From assembly GCF_008086595.1 (NCBI RefSeq), contig NZ_RXYA01000003.1, positions 82,129 to 146,128 on the forward strand: 64,000 nt of DNA. The letters are read 5' to 3'. This DNA is from Acetobacterium paludosum (GTDB lineage: Bacteria > Bacillota > Clostridia > Eubacteriales > Eubacteriaceae). Positions 51,998 through 63,253 of this stretch are shown here, piece after piece. Position numbers and translations under genes: made by a program. Within the stretch, counting starts at the first letter, position 1. Every line of letters begins with the position of its first letter. The notes beneath the pieces are model-generated. The model saw only the letters and a program-made list of their open reading frames with translations. It searched no databases and was not told the DNA's origin.

Positions 51998-53194
51998 TTA
52001 TATCTCTTCGATTAACGTATTTTTTCTGCTGTTAAGTGCTATGAAAATCATTGAGATAACACTTCCGGCGATAAGGAACAATGCGGCAATTTCCCAATCT
52101 GCACGGGTTGAGGTTAAGTTCAATGCTCCTCGAATAAATTTCAGAGCATAAGGGGAAAAGAATTGACCAAGCCCAGTTCCACAAACATAGACTGAAATAG
52201 CGAGTGCCGTGTATTTTGGCTGAGCCGCACTGGCTGCCACCGCAATTGTAATGGCGGGATTGAAGGTTCCAAAACCAATACCAAAAATAACCGCCCCTAC
52301 AATGAGCATTGTCATGCTGTTTGCAAATATAAATAGGATAAAGGATAACCCCACAAATAATGCTCCAATCGAAGCACTGTATTGTTTAAGAAGCTTTGAG
52401 GTGTTTCCATATAAAAGACCAAACACAAATGCGCCAGCGGTGAAAACGGTGAGTACCGTTGCTGATTGAGCTGCGTTTCCAATTTTATCGGCATTCATTA
52501 CCATGGCGATATTGGTCATAAAGCTAAATTGAACAATATTAATTAGGGCACAGGCAATAGTTAAAACAAAGGTCAGTATTGTTAATTTCTTTTCTTTTAT
52601 TCCTGAAGTTTTAACTTTTTCATGTTTTACAACTCCGGCATCTGGAAGTTTAACCCAAATGATAATGGCAATTGGAATGACCAGTAAAAATCCCAAGAAT
52701 GAAAATCTCCAGTTATAGCCAGCCAATAAACCGCCCATCATTTGGAATACCATACCTGCAGCAGCACCAACGGCACCTTTTATTCCCATCATTTTATTAC
52801 ATTCCGGGCCTGTAAATAAAACAGCAATAATGGCCGATGCCATTGGGAAGATCATGCCGTAACCGGCACCAAAGATTACTCGGGTGAAGATCATAAAATT
52901 TAAATCTCCAACAAATGCGGATGGGATACCACCAACAAAGATAAGAATCATGGCAATCGTAATCACTTTTTTGATGCTCATATACTGAGTCATTTTTCCA
53001 GCAATTAATGAAAAGAATACCATCATAAGAGAAGGAATAGTGGATAATAGTTTAATTGTTTCTGGCGCCGCAGTTGGAAAAGCTTTTGCAATTTCTGCTA
53101 ATGCCGGGGTTGTCATACTGGTTGTATACATGAGTAGTGCCACCGACAAGGATGCCACTTGAACCCATAAATTACCATTCTTTTTTTCACTCAT
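51998..53194 (-). CDS. MFS transporter
   Basis: Start at the ATG with RBS AAGGAG; 12 predicted TM helices. Confidence 0.8.
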   Translation of the reverse strand: MSEKKNGNLWVQVASLSVALLMYTTSMTTPALAEIAKAFPTAAPETIKLLSTIPSLMMVFFSLIAGKMTQYMSIKKVITIAMILIFVGGIPSAFVGDLNFMIFTRVIFGAGYGMIFPMASAIIAVLFTGPECNKMMGIKGAVGAAAGMVFQMMGGLLAGYNWRFSFLGFLLVIPIAIIIWVKLPDAGVVKHEKVKTSGIKEKKLTILTFVLTIACALINIVQFSFMTNIAMVMNADKIGNAAQSATVLTVFTAGAFVFGLLYGNTSKLLKQYSASIGALFVGLSFILFIFANSMTMLIVGAVIFGIGFGTFNPAITIAVAASAAQPKYTALAISVYVCGTGLGQFFSPYALKFIRGALNLTSTRADWEIAALFLIAGSVISMIFIALNSRKNTLIEEI

Positions 53195-53906
53195 AAATTT
53201 CACTCCTTTAATGTAATAATTTTCGGTTATCTTCCCGAAAAGCTTCTCAATTCTTTTCATTTAATCTAACCTTGTTTAATTATAACCGCGTTTAACTTTA
53301 ATCAATCATAGCATCCATATATTGATCTGTCACTGTTTATTTTTAGTTTTATAATAATAAACATAGTTTTTAAACAAATTCCCATTCTAAAACGCCTTTT
53401 TAAAAGGATATAGATGTTTACTATTTTTTTTATTCGTAAATTTTTAACATTATCATGAAAAACGTTGATATTTCATTTTTTAAGTTTTATACTTGTAATG
53501 AATTAATCGTGGTTAACTTTCTCGTGAACAGAAGCAATGCTATAGATAAAATGATTTAAATATTAAGGAGAAATATGATAATTCCGGTGAAAAGGTATGG
53601 ACGCATCCTCAAGAAGCTTCCATTGACCCTGTGCTTAAAATATACCTGAATTTAAAAGCAAATATTATACCCCCTATGCTGAATTCAAAAAGCAAATCCT
53701 GCACCGACAACCCGATCTTGATGGGGTTGTCGGTGAAAAAATGCAGCAATACGAAGAATCGTTTTTCGGTATGCTCATGATGCTGTGCTAATCTCCAACT
53801 AAAAAAAGACTCAGAGAACTGAGCCGTTTGAGTTTATTAACAAAACCTTTCTGGGGACAATAGTAAATCATATCTGCTGTTACGCTTGTCCCTGGGCTTT
53901 ACTTTT

Positions 53907-54569
53907 CTATTTAACAGTAAAGTCTTTTCCAACCTGAAGATCTATTTTTTCAACCATCTGAAGGGATTCCTCAATGCATTCATCGATAAAATCATTATCA
54001 AAACGCAAACTCTGAAACAATAATCGGATTTCCATTTCTGCTAAATATTCGCTGGAGCAGTCCAAATATCCTTCGTTTCGAGCCACATGAAGCCCATGAA
54101 CCGTAGCAAGATTGGCCAATGCCAACGCTTTAACGGTTAAACGATCAAGCCCCAGCTTATAGGCCCGATTAATATTTTCCACAAATCCAATGGAAGCACT
54201 TTCTGTTTTCATAAAAACATTCGACTCACAAAGTTCATGATAAAATCGGTTCAACTGCCGATTCAATCGACAATTTCGGTTTTGAATTCGGTATTCTATG
54301 GCCGTTTTCAGCACATGATTACAGCCCGGGAACTGTTCATTAATTGCATTTTGAATTCTCACTTTATTAACTACCATATATTCATTATAAACCTCTAATG
54401 CCAGTTTACTTTTATTTTCAAAATAATAAGCCACCATGGCCTTATTGGTTTCAGACTCTTTTGCAATTTCTGAAAGGGTTGTTTTGACATAACCATTTTC
54501 ATAAAATAATCTTTTTGCGGTTTTATATATCTTTTCTTTTGTCTCAATGCCTGTTTTATAGTTTGCCAA
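53907..54569 (-). CDS. TetR/AcrR-family transcriptional regulator
   Basis: 220 aa; N-terminal HTH KEKIYKTAKRLFYENGYVKTTLSEIAKESETNKAMVAYYF. Confidence 0.8.
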   Translation of the reverse strand: MANYKTGIETKEKIYKTAKRLFYENGYVKTTLSEIAKESETNKAMVAYYFENKSKLALEVYNEYMVVNKVRIQNAINEQFPGCNHVLKTAIEYRIQNRNCRLNRQLNRFYHELCESNVFMKTESASIGFVENINRAYKLGLDRLTVKALALANLATVHGLHVARNEGYLDCSSEYLAEMEIRLLFQSLRFDNDFIDECIEESLQMVEKIDLQVGKDFTVK

Positions 54570-54787
54570 AAATCATTTCTCACTTTCCATTTTTATTTTT
54601 TATTTATTTTACCACAACGCTCTGATTTCAGGGGCTTTTATCTCATTTATTTCTCGACATTTCTTCCCCCCTTATTCTGCAGAAATAAACTATTGTTTCG
54701 TAAATTTATAAAAGTTCCTTGACGCTATCCAATGTTGGATATATAATGGATTTTGTATTTAAATACTTTTAGGAATGGTTAATAATT

Positions 54788-55369
54788 ATGGTTCAATTAT
54801 TTATTTTATACTATCTAAGCATAAAGCAAACTCATGGATATGAGATACAAAAATTTATACAAATGAATCAAATGAACGAATGGAATAATATTAAGTCGGG
54901 TTCTATATACTATGCAATTAATAAACTTGAACGTTCAGGTTTTATTTCGATCGTTGATAAATCCAACGCCGGTGAAAAAGCAAAATGTATATATGGAATT
55001 ACGGAGAAAGGTCAATTAGAACTGCATAAAATAGCCTTGCAAGAAATGAAAAAGCCCTTGGGTAGTATCACTGCAGAAAAGTTTTTAATTTATCCGATAG
55101 TAGCTAATCTTAATAAAAGTGAAATTATAGAATCTGTTACAGCACATTTGCATCAGTTAGAAAATGAAAAAGCAAAGATAATAAAATGGGAACAGGAAAA
55201 ACAGGATACGTCAAAAAGTGTTGAAAAAGCAACCCTTAGCATGATGAAAGAAACGATAAATTTGCAGATAAAATGGCATATGGCTCTACTGGATAATATC
55301 GATGAAACAATTTCAGTGGTCGATAAAATACATCAAATGATTAAAACCACAGATTATTCCCAGAACTAA
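54788..55369 (+). CDS. PadR-family transcriptional regulator with a C-terminal coiled-coil extension
   Basis: 193 aa; LFILYYLSIKQTHGYEIQKFI...SGSIYYAINKLERSGFI PadR winged-helix signature. Confidence 0.75.
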   Translation: MVQLFILYYLSIKQTHGYEIQKFIQMNQMNEWNNIKSGSIYYAINKLERSGFISIVDKSNAGEKAKCIYGITEKGQLELHKIALQEMKKPLGSITAEKFLIYPIVANLNKSEIIESVTAHLHQLENEKAKIIKWEQEKQDTSKSVEKATLSMMKETINLQIKWHMALLDNIDETISVVDKIHQMIKTTDYSQN

Positions 55370-55460
55370 GAGAATATTATAGAACAATATCCGCATCTTT
55401 TATGAGATGCGGAAAAAAATAAAGTTGCTATCCAACATTGGATATATAAAGGAGATTATT

Positions 55461-56267
55461 ATGAAAATAGCAGTACTACTTGGAAGTCCAAGAAAACAGG
55501 ACAGTTATACCGTTTGCAAACAAATTGAAAATCAGATAAAAGAGATGGATAACGACATTGAATTTGACTACATTTATTTAAGCAAATATAATATTCAGGA
55601 CTGTAAAGGCTGTTGCCTATGCTTTCAAAAAAGTGAAAATTGCTGTCCTTGTCGTGATGATGATTTGACTGAAATTAAGGCCCGTCTGTTTTCAGCAGAT
55701 GGATTGATTGTTGCCAGTCCCGTATATGCATATCAGGTAACAGGCCAATTGAAGCGGTTTATTGATAGGATGTCCTATCTGTTTCATCGGCAGGAGATGG
55801 TGGGAAAACCGGCAATTATTGTTATCACAACAGATGGCGGTGGAAGTAAACAGGTGTACAAATATTTAAAAATGACTCTTTCAGGCTGGAGTATGGATAT
55901 TGTCGGAAATATTCAAATTACTGCTCCCCTATATTTTGAAAACCGTACACCGAAAAGTGTTTTTGGTTATGATCCATATTATTTCCAACAATGCAGCCAA
56001 AAAATAAAAACGGTTTCTTTAAATCTTTTTAAAAGACTAAAAGCCACGGATAAAAGAGTTCCAACTTTCTATGATATTTTTATGTTCAACTGTCTAAGAA
56101 GTAAAACATACACTTCTAAGATCGATAGAGATTATTGGATCAAAAAAGGATGGATAGAAAGTGATTATTTCTATGCTATAAAGCTTAATCCATTAAAAAA
56201 AGCATTTGGTCAAATTATAAAAAATATGGTTCACTTGGCAGGAAAAAGATATTTAAAATTAGATTAA
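55461..56267 (+). CDS. Flavodoxin-like fold NAD(P)H-dependent FMN reductase / iron-sulfur flavoprotein-like protein
   Basis: Start at the ATG with RBS AGGAG; MKIAVLLGSPRKQDSYT N-terminus; Cys cluster CKGCCLCFQKSENCCPC. Confidence 0.6.
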   Translation: MKIAVLLGSPRKQDSYTVCKQIENQIKEMDNDIEFDYIYLSKYNIQDCKGCCLCFQKSENCCPCRDDDLTEIKARLFSADGLIVASPVYAYQVTGQLKRFIDRMSYLFHRQEMVGKPAIIVITTDGGGSKQVYKYLKMTLSGWSMDIVGNIQITAPLYFENRTPKSVFGYDPYYFQQCSQKIKTVSLNLFKRLKATDKRVPTFYDIFMFNCLRSKTYTSKIDRDYWIKKGWIESDYFYAIKLNPLKKAFGQIIKNMVHLAGKRYLKLD

Positions 56268-56752
56268 CATATTTTGTCTGCTATCTTGTAGCAGTAAAAT
56301 ACCTTTAGCTTGAAATATTTATTGTCTAACTAAATTCTAAAACATCTCAAAAACAGACTAGCATGATATAAGTGGTCTGTTTTTTGTTGCCTGAAGCTAA
56401 ATCATCTTGATCGTTAAATTTTCAACCGTTAAGTGTCCAATTATTACACGCATATTCTCTTTATCTGTCAATCTAACTTAGCTTACATTATAAATTCTAT
56501 TGATATATCTAAATTAGTCTCGTAAAAACTAATTTTTTATGATATAATTGCAAAATTCCGTACACCAAACAGCGATGTTTCTCTTAAAAAATCGTAAATA
56601 TTTTTTTATGTGCAATTTTTGAGCATCTTCAGGTATTTTGACCGATTGGAATCGATGTCCAACATTGATCTGATAAATTCAAATAAATTATCATCTTTAA
56701 TCCCAATATTAACCAGACCAGATTCCCATTTTAAAGGAGTGACTTAACTTAA

Positions 56753-57784
56753 ATGAATTCTTTTTTATATCAAACCTCAGAGGAACTGATTTCTTCAATC
56801 TGCAAAAACGATAGCCTGTCCTATGTTGTTTTTGCCGGTATCTCAATGGTGCATGAATTAGCCGGAAAGTTTGGCGATAATGTCATTCTCTGTTCTACTT
56901 CAGGCGAATTTACACCAAAGGGCTTTCAAGATTCTGCCATCACCGGTTTTTCATACGATCCCGACAGTGTCGATGTCGTTGAATTATTATATCCGCCTGC
57001 AAAAGGTTTACGTGCTCTTCAAAAAGCTTATGCCAAAGTCAAACATAATCCCAATGCTTTTGCTTTGTTACTCTGCGACGGACTCTCTGCAATGGAAGAA
57101 AGCATTATCACAACATTTTTTTTCACAGAACCTGATTTTAAGATCATCGGCGGCAGTGCCGGCGATAATTTGAAATTTGAAGCAACAGCCATCTATATTG
57201 GATCAAAAAAAGTACATAGTGCCGCCTTATTTTTCAATTCTAGAACAAGAACGCAGCTCATCAAAGAGAATTTATTTGAGCCCTGTGGTAAAAAAATGCT
57301 GGTTACTGATGCTGATCCCATCAAACGAACCGTCAAAACTTTTAATAACAAACCTGCGTCAACCGAATATGCCAGGATGTTGGATGTCAGTGAATCACAA
57401 TTAGATAAGTCTTTCATGTCAAATCCACTTGGAAAAAGTTCTGAAAACGATATTTTCATTGCCTCTCCAATGAAAATAAATTCGGACAAATCGATCACTT
57501 TTTATGCTCAAATTATTCCAAACACATTTGTTGACATCTTAGAGTTGCAAGATCATAGGTCGATCATTCAAAATACATTGAATGCGGTCCAATTCAGGCC
57601 CAATTTCGTCCTTTCCATCAATTGCATCCTTCGCAGTTTATATTTTATTGAAAACAGTTTATGGCGTGATGTGGATGCTGAATTGCTGTCCATCTGCAAA
57701 AACCAGACCGGATTTATCAGTTACGGCGAGCAATATTACAAGAACCATTTTAATCAAACCATGGTTCTTTTGGTAGTAGAATAG
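56753..57784 (+). CDS. FIST-domain sensory protein (tentative)
   Basis: 343 aa; domain organisation and Gly-rich segments (IIGGSAGDN) resemble FIST_N/FIST_C; immediately upstream of an MCP signalling-domain gene. Confidence 0.45.
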   Translation: MNSFLYQTSEELISSICKNDSLSYVVFAGISMVHELAGKFGDNVILCSTSGEFTPKGFQDSAITGFSYDPDSVDVVELLYPPAKGLRALQKAYAKVKHNPNAFALLLCDGLSAMEESIITTFFFTEPDFKIIGGSAGDNLKFEATAIYIGSKKVHSAALFFNSRTRTQLIKENLFEPCGKKMLVTDADPIKRTVKTFNNKPASTEYARMLDVSESQLDKSFMSNPLGKSSENDIFIASPMKINSDKSITFYAQIIPNTFVDILELQDHRSIIQNTLNAVQFRPNFVLSINCILRSLYFIENSLWRDVDAELLSICKNQTGFISYGEQYYKNHFNQTMVLLVVE

Positions 57785-57791
57785 GAGATCT

Positions 57792-58760
57792 ATGATGATA
57801 AATGAAATAACCAATTCTCAGGCAATAATAACCCCGGATGAGACCGGAAATCAAGGAATCGAAGCAACGGAACCCTTTGTCTTTCTGGAAGAAATCTACG
57901 AATTATCCGGTGATGTCAATCAGCAAATTCATAATTTACTTAAAGAAGAAGGCATCGTCACTTACAATCTGAATAATCTGTTGAGTGGTTCAGGATATAC
58001 GACACTACAAATCGAACAAATTGAGACGCACCTGGGTTCTCTTTCCGAAAATACGCAACAAACCCAAGATCAGGTACAGAGTGTATATAAAAGTTTGGAG
58101 CAGACCTCACAGGAAATCCAGACAGCTAAATTGGGGATCGGCGACCTGGTCCAGCAGATGAATCAGGTTAACGAAGTCTTTGAAGAATTCTCGGTCATGA
58201 TAGTTGAAACACAAAAACAATTCCGTAACATTCGAAACTTTTCAACCATTATTAACCGAATCGCAAGCCAGACAAATCTTCTTTCTTTAAATGCCTCCAT
58301 CGAAGCCGCACATGTCGGTGCCGCCGGCCGCGGATTTACGGTCATTGCGGATGAAATAAAAAAGCTGGCTGATACATCAAAGAAAAATGCAACGGACATT
58401 CTGGATGCTTTAAATAATATGAATCTCGATATGGAAAAACTGAATGCAAAATCAGCGGATGGAAAAAAGGTCATTCATGCGGTTACCAAAACAACGGACG
58501 AATCCATTGGATTGCTCAATAATATCGTTCAGGCGGAAAACATTGTTCATGAACATATAAACATGGTACAACGATCACAAAACACAAATATCGAAAAAAT
58601 GGAAATGATTTCAAATAATCTGGCCAATGTCGTTGATCGTTCAAAGACTGAAAATCAGCAATTTGAAAAATTAATCTCTGCCGTCCAGGTAAAATCCGAT
58701 TACTATTTAAGGATTCTAAACCATTTGAATCAGATAAAAATATTCAGCGAACAAAAATAA
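57792..58760 (+). CDS. Soluble methyl-accepting chemotaxis protein (MCP signalling domain only)
   Basis: 322 aa; highly conserved MCP hairpin region [33 protein letters not shown]; no TM segment. Confidence 0.8.
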   Translation: MMINEITNSQAIITPDETGNQGIEATEPFVFLEEIYELSGDVNQQIHNLLKEEGIVTYNLNNLLSGSGYTTLQIEQIETHLGSLSENTQQTQDQVQSVYKSLEQTSQEIQTAKLGIGDLVQQMNQVNEVFEEFSVMIVETQKQFRNIRNFSTIINRIASQTNLLSLNASIEAAHVGAAGRGFTVIADEIKKLADTSKKNATDILDALNNMNLDMEKLNAKSADGKKVIHAVTKTTDESIGLLNNIVQAENIVHEHINMVQRSQNTNIEKMEMISNNLANVVDRSKTENQQFEKLISAVQVKSDYYLRILNHLNQIKIFSEQK

Positions 58761-58871
58761 ATTGCAGCGGATTATTTTAAATAGTTACCATATTATATTA
58801 TGCGGAATGAGTTGTTTTCATAAATTCTGTTCAGTTAAGCTGAGCCCAGTGCCAATTTTATAAAGCAGATT

Positions 58872-59117
58872 TCATCTTTCTATCTCAATCAAAGGCAGGT
58901 ATTTTCTGTTCTGGCTGCGCCATATTCGATTCTGAATGATCTTTATATCTTTGGCATTAACCAGTTTTGCCAACTCACAAGCTCCAGTAATCTGACGGAT
59001 TTCTACCATTTTCTGAATAATCTTCAGGGTTTCTTTTTTTATAATCTCTTTATGAAACTGTAGGTCCGCGTTATGTTCGAAGTATTTATCACATCCAAAA
59101 TGCCCAACTAATTTCAC
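58872..59117 (-). CDS. Hypothetical small protein
   Basis: 81-aa ORF translationally coupled (ATGA overlap) to the upstream flavoprotein gene; no recognisable domain. Confidence 0.3.
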   Translation of the reverse strand: MKLVGHFGCDKYFEHNADLQFHKEIIKKETLKIIQKMVEIRQITGACELAKLVNAKDIKIIQNRIWRSQNRKYLPLIEIER

Positions 59118-59692
59118 AGCTTCTTTGTTCTCTCCAATGCTTTGCTCATTTGCGCATCCACATCCATACCAATAATATCCAATCCTTCCGCAGCAATCAT
59201 TTCTGTGTTTTTGATGCCATAAAGCATCGATAACCCTTTGATATAATCATAACCAAAATTAAAATTTCCAATGAATCCGCCGCAAGAAGTCACATAATAC
59301 AGTTTCTCTGCATGGCACATTCCCATCGGAATTCCATCTGCGCCATATTGAAATGTGATACCACATACACTCACTGCTTCAAAATATACTTTTATCAATG
59401 CTGGAAAAGACAAATCCCAATAGGGTGCCCCAACAACAATACTATCTGCCTCCGCAAACTTTTTTGCATAGATAAACATTTCATCAGTGTATTTTTCGAC
59501 TTCCAACAATTGATTTCGTCTGATCAATGATTCCGACTTCATTGGTGTTATTTTTTCACATTCCAAATTACACTCATCAATCTGATATTCTTCCTTGTTA
59601 TTTAACCACTTAATAAATTCATCACACAACTTTTTTGTTCTGGATTCACTTCCACGCACACACGCATTCACAAACAATAAATTTTTCATCAT
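59114..59692 (-). CDS. Flavodoxin-like fold NAD(P)H:quinone oxidoreductase / azoreductase-family protein
   Basis: 192 aa; N-terminus LLFVNACVRGSESRTKKL and architecture typical of the Flavodoxin_2/FMN_red family. Confidence 0.65.
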   Translation of the reverse strand: MMKNLLFVNACVRGSESRTKKLCDEFIKWLNNKEEYQIDECNLECEKITPMKSESLIRRNQLLEVEKYTDEMFIYAKKFAEADSIVVGAPYWDLSFPALIKVYFEAVSVCGITFQYGADGIPMGMCHAEKLYYVTSCGGFIGNFNFGYDYIKGLSMLYGIKNTEMIAAEGLDIIGMDVDAQMSKALERTKKL

Positions 59693-59932
59693 ACTTTCCC
59701 TTCAGCTAGACTATTAATATTTCTATCTGCAAATTTTACTGCTTTTCAATTAGTTGACGACCTGCTTCGCAGATTATCGCATTTTCTATCCGATCTCAAA
59801 TTTAAGTTACATCTTTGCATTAATTATACTCTATAATAACTGTTTTAACCTGTTTGATTTTATATCTTTTTTGTTTAGCTCTCTGTTTTTTGGAATATAC
59901 TAATAAAAACGAAAGCCTAATCTTCCTGGTTG

Positions 59933-60226
59933 TTACCATTTGCCATTTCGATTAGTTTCCGGTTTCCAGTAACGGGATCCATCTTGCTCACGGCACAACA
60001 AACCGTAATCGACGAGTTCGCGTCTCAATAGAAAATAATCCCCAAATGTATGCCATTTGCTACAGATTTCATTGACAGCTCGCTCACTATAATCGCAATC
60101 TGGCTCAAATTTTTCAGCCAGATATTCAAGTAACGCCCGACGCTTCTTCTTATTTTCCGATAATTGTACTATTTTTCCTGACTCATCAAGAAATTGTTTA
60201 ACATCAAGCTTTTTCTCCATTTTCAT
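59933..60226 (-). CDS. DUF2087-domain protein
   Basis: Start at the ATG of MKMEKK; C-terminal SERAVNEICSKWHTFGDYFLLRRELVDYGLL matches the DUF2087 signature. Confidence 0.5.
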   Translation of the reverse strand: MKMEKKLDVKQFLDESGKIVQLSENKKKRRALLEYLAEKFEPDCDYSERAVNEICSKWHTFGDYFLLRRELVDYGLLCREQDGSRYWKPETNRNGKW

Positions 60227-60237
60227 TTCATCACCTA

Positions 60238-60840
60238 TTATAATACCCACAGCCCATGCTGACTGCAATAATAATACAGCCTTCCACTGCTCTTTTTCAT
60301 TAGGTTTCCGCCAACTATTTTTGACAGATGTACCGAAGCGGTCTGTTCGGGATAAAGTTTAATGAACAAGCTTCTGTCACTTGTAACATAGGCCACAAAA
60401 GAAAGAAAATGTGTCTTGCTCATTTCATGATCAAAGGTAATATAATATTCCCCATCAACATCTTCCACTTTGGCCGCATGTTTTTTATCTGTCGGTTTGG
60501 CAACCAGTGGAGCCAATTTTCGTCCACAGCAGGAAATATCTGCGCCTCCGATGTTGCTAATTACATTTCCGCAGTTTGGACACACATAAAATTTCATTCG
60601 TTTCAGATTTCCCGTTTCCATATCATTCGATTTCAAATCTCCCAAAAGTATTTTTTCAATATTCACTTCAAATAGTTCCGAAAGCTCGCCAAGAAGTGAT
60701 ACATCTGGACAACCCAGACCACGCTCCCATTTGGAAATTGTTTTATCACTGATGTTCATCTGATCGGCGACCTGTTTTTGGGTCATTTCTTTTTCTTTTC
60801 GTAACGCTTTCAGTAATGCACCTACCTTATTGCAATCCAT
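60238..60840 (-). CDS. XRE-family HTH transcriptional regulator with a C-terminal Cys-rich (zinc-ribbon-like) domain
   Basis: 200 aa; N-terminal LRKEKEMTQKQVADQMNISDKTISKWERG HTH; CPNCGN...CCGRK pairs. Confidence 0.7.
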   Translation of the reverse strand: MDCNKVGALLKALRKEKEMTQKQVADQMNISDKTISKWERGLGCPDVSLLGELSELFEVNIEKILLGDLKSNDMETGNLKRMKFYVCPNCGNVISNIGGADISCCGRKLAPLVAKPTDKKHAAKVEDVDGEYYITFDHEMSKTHFLSFVAYVTSDRSLFIKLYPEQTASVHLSKIVGGNLMKKSSGRLYYYCSQHGLWVL

Positions 60841-60962
60841 TTTTTTACCTCCATGATCTTTATTTTAACCAACTACCTTTGACTATTCAATCAACGCTCC
60901 GTCGAGTTTATATCGATTCTGCCATTACTATCCGTTTTAAAAAAGCAGTGGAAGACTCCCGA

Positions 60963-62129
60963 TTAGGATTCCACCCGTCTTTGTTTGATCAGCACCAGTG
61001 TTACCCCGAGGACAGCAACCCCGAAAGCAAGCACCAGAACCATACTGGTGAAAATGGAACTCAGATTGCCAGTATTGAAGCTGACGGCAGCGGTGATTTC
61101 GTTATTGGCTTTGACATACCAGTAGGTGGGAGTAAAGCTGGCAATGGTCAGCACATTGGCTCCCAGCAGTTCCTGGGGGACAAACACCCCGCTGATAAAG
61201 CTGGTACCCAGCGCAAAAACATTGGCTATGGCTGACATGGCGCCCCGGCTTTTGACAAGATTGCCGATTAAATAGCTGATGCTTAAGACCGCCAGGGTGA
61301 ACACAAAGGAGTTTAAAAGCAGCAGTAGGCCGGTGGCGGTAAACATGAAGCTGCCGTACATGATAAAACTTGCCGAGATCAGAACCAGCCAGGTCAGAAT
61401 GGCAAAACTGAGATTTCCGAGAACCATCTGCATATTCATATTGGCTGATCGAATCGGGGAACAGAGATTTCGCCGTTTCAAATCTGTATCATTGAAAACC
61501 AGCATCACTGAGCAGACTCCCAGAATCAGAATGGCAAATAAGGAATAGGACAGATAATTGAAATAGTATCCCGATTTTTCGGCATAGATTGAGTGCGTTC
61601 CATTGCTGATCATCGTCACTTTGCTTTGTTCGGCCAGATCCTTTTCCAGATTCTGGGAAAGATCATCCTGACTGAGACCGGGTAGATAGGTTGTGTAGGT
61701 TTTAACCGTGTTCAGATATTTATTGATCAGCAGATCCATATAGATATTGCTGGTGGAATCAGGGACTGTTGTTTTTTCCAGCTGAACTTCTTTACCGTTT
61801 AGCATATCCTCGGTAAATCCGGCCGGAACTCTGAGGATGTATTCCACCTGTCTGAAAAACAATGCATCCTGGAGTTTTTGGGTTTCGTCGGGAATAGCCA
61901 CCAGATTGGCATTTTCACCCAGATAGGTTTTGAGCCCAGCCACTAGCTGAGAATCACCATCGTCATTAATGAAGGCGATATTGACCTTGACTTTGGTAAA
62001 ATCGGTATCTTGTGGCGGGTTATAGGCACCACTGAGAATCAGCGCCAGGGCCATGAAAACCACCAGGTAAATCAAGATCTGAGCGCGATTTTTCTGGATT
62101 ACTTTGAAAAAAGCTTTATAAACTTGCAT
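60963..62129 (-). CDS. ABC-2 family transporter permease
   Basis: 388 aa; N-terminal TM, large extracytoplasmic loop, then 5 C-terminal TM helices; overlaps its partner permease. Confidence 0.7.
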   Translation of the reverse strand: MQVYKAFFKVIQKNRAQILIYLVVFMALALILSGAYNPPQDTDFTKVKVNIAFINDDGDSQLVAGLKTYLGENANLVAIPDETQKLQDALFFRQVEYILRVPAGFTEDMLNGKEVQLEKTTVPDSTSNIYMDLLINKYLNTVKTYTTYLPGLSQDDLSQNLEKDLAEQSKVTMISNGTHSIYAEKSGYYFNYLSYSLFAILILGVCSVMLVFNDTDLKRRNLCSPIRSANMNMQMVLGNLSFAILTWLVLISASFIMYGSFMFTATGLLLLLNSFVFTLAVLSISYLIGNLVKSRGAMSAIANVFALGTSFISGVFVPQELLGANVLTIASFTPTYWYVKANNEITAAVSFNTGNLSSIFTSMVLVLAFGVAVLGVTLVLIKQRRVES

Positions 62130-63243
62130 ATTTCTGTCTCCTTAAAACAAAATAGGTAACTGAACTGAAGAACAGCGTAAAGCCGCACAGCAAGAGGATG
62201 TCAGTAAAAAACTGGGTATGGGTATTGTAGTAGTACAGGGCATAAAAACTGTCAGTGATCAAGTTGGCCGGATTGAGGTAGCCCAGGATGGGGGCTTTGG
62301 TCATCACCGTATATTTAATGTTGGCAGACATCATCCCGGCCAGAAAGCACATGATCATAGTCGAACCAATCAGGATGCCAATTTTGAGGCCCTCGCCCTT
62401 TTTTATAATGGCCGCAATGCAAGTTCCGAAGGTCACGCCGGTCAAGCTCCCCACCACACAGGTCAGGGCGATATAGCCAAGCTGGTCACCAAAACTGATG
62501 CCCAGAACCCCGATGATAAAGGCCAGCAGAATTAGTAGTTCCAACAGCTGAACCGTCGTGGCGGCCATGATCGAGGCAAGAAAGACCGTCAGTTTATTGG
62601 TGGGAGCCAGATTGATGCGGGCGCCCACATCAGAGAGATCGGCCTGAATGGCCACCACCTCTTTTACTCCGAGAAACCCGCCATATAAACAGGTCATGGC
62701 AATCATTGCGTAGAAATAATTGACAACCGGATCCGGGTTGGACTGGTTGGCAGCTACCGCTTTCAGATATTCGGTCCGACTGGAAATTCCTTCAAGGTTT
62801 CCGTTTGCCAGAGCCGAAGGATTCTGGGTGATAATGGTTGTGATGGTAGCTGAAGATTGCTTGAAATCATCCAAAAATCCCCGGATGATGGTCTGATTGA
62901 GACTGGACTGGTTGACCACCAGGTTGAGATCCGGATCGAAAGTGATATAGCCGTCAATGTCATGATCAGAAAGGAGCACGGCCGCTTGATCCTGAGTTGT
63001 GTACTTGACAACAAATAGATTGTCAGCCCCATCCAGAGCCTTGACGAAAGCCGGATTCTGATCCAGCTGCTCGTTTTGAACCACAGCAACATTCACCTTT
63101 TTGAAATTATCTGAGCTTGAAAGGTTGGCAAAGGCCAAATTGAACAGGGTTGCCAGAAGAATCGGAAACATAAAAGTCCAGAACATTAATTGCCGGTCTT
63201 TAAAGATGCACTTGAGACGATAGCGATAATTAAATAAAAACAT
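62116..63243 (-). CDS. ABC-2 family transporter permease
   Basis: 375 aa; same topology as the neighbouring permease; downstream of the ABC ATPase. Confidence 0.7.
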   Translation of the reverse strand: MFLFNYRYRLKCIFKDRQLMFWTFMFPILLATLFNLAFANLSSSDNFKKVNVAVVQNEQLDQNPAFVKALDGADNLFVVKYTTQDQAAVLLSDHDIDGYITFDPDLNLVVNQSSLNQTIIRGFLDDFKQSSATITTIITQNPSALANGNLEGISSRTEYLKAVAANQSNPDPVVNYFYAMIAMTCLYGGFLGVKEVVAIQADLSDVGARINLAPTNKLTVFLASIMAATTVQLLELLILLAFIIGVLGISFGDQLGYIALTCVVGSLTGVTFGTCIAAIIKKGEGLKIGILIGSTMIMCFLAGMMSANIKYTVMTKAPILGYLNPANLITDSFYALYYYNTHTQFFTDILLLCGFTLFFSSVTYFVLRRQKYASL

Positions 63244-63253
63244 GGTTTTCCTC

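Noticed and set aside
53800-53835. Weak hairpin (actcag...ctgagc) downstream of the TetR gene as a terminator
   Set aside because: The stem is only 5 bp with a mismatch; the adjacent T-run is supportive but the structure is too weak to call.
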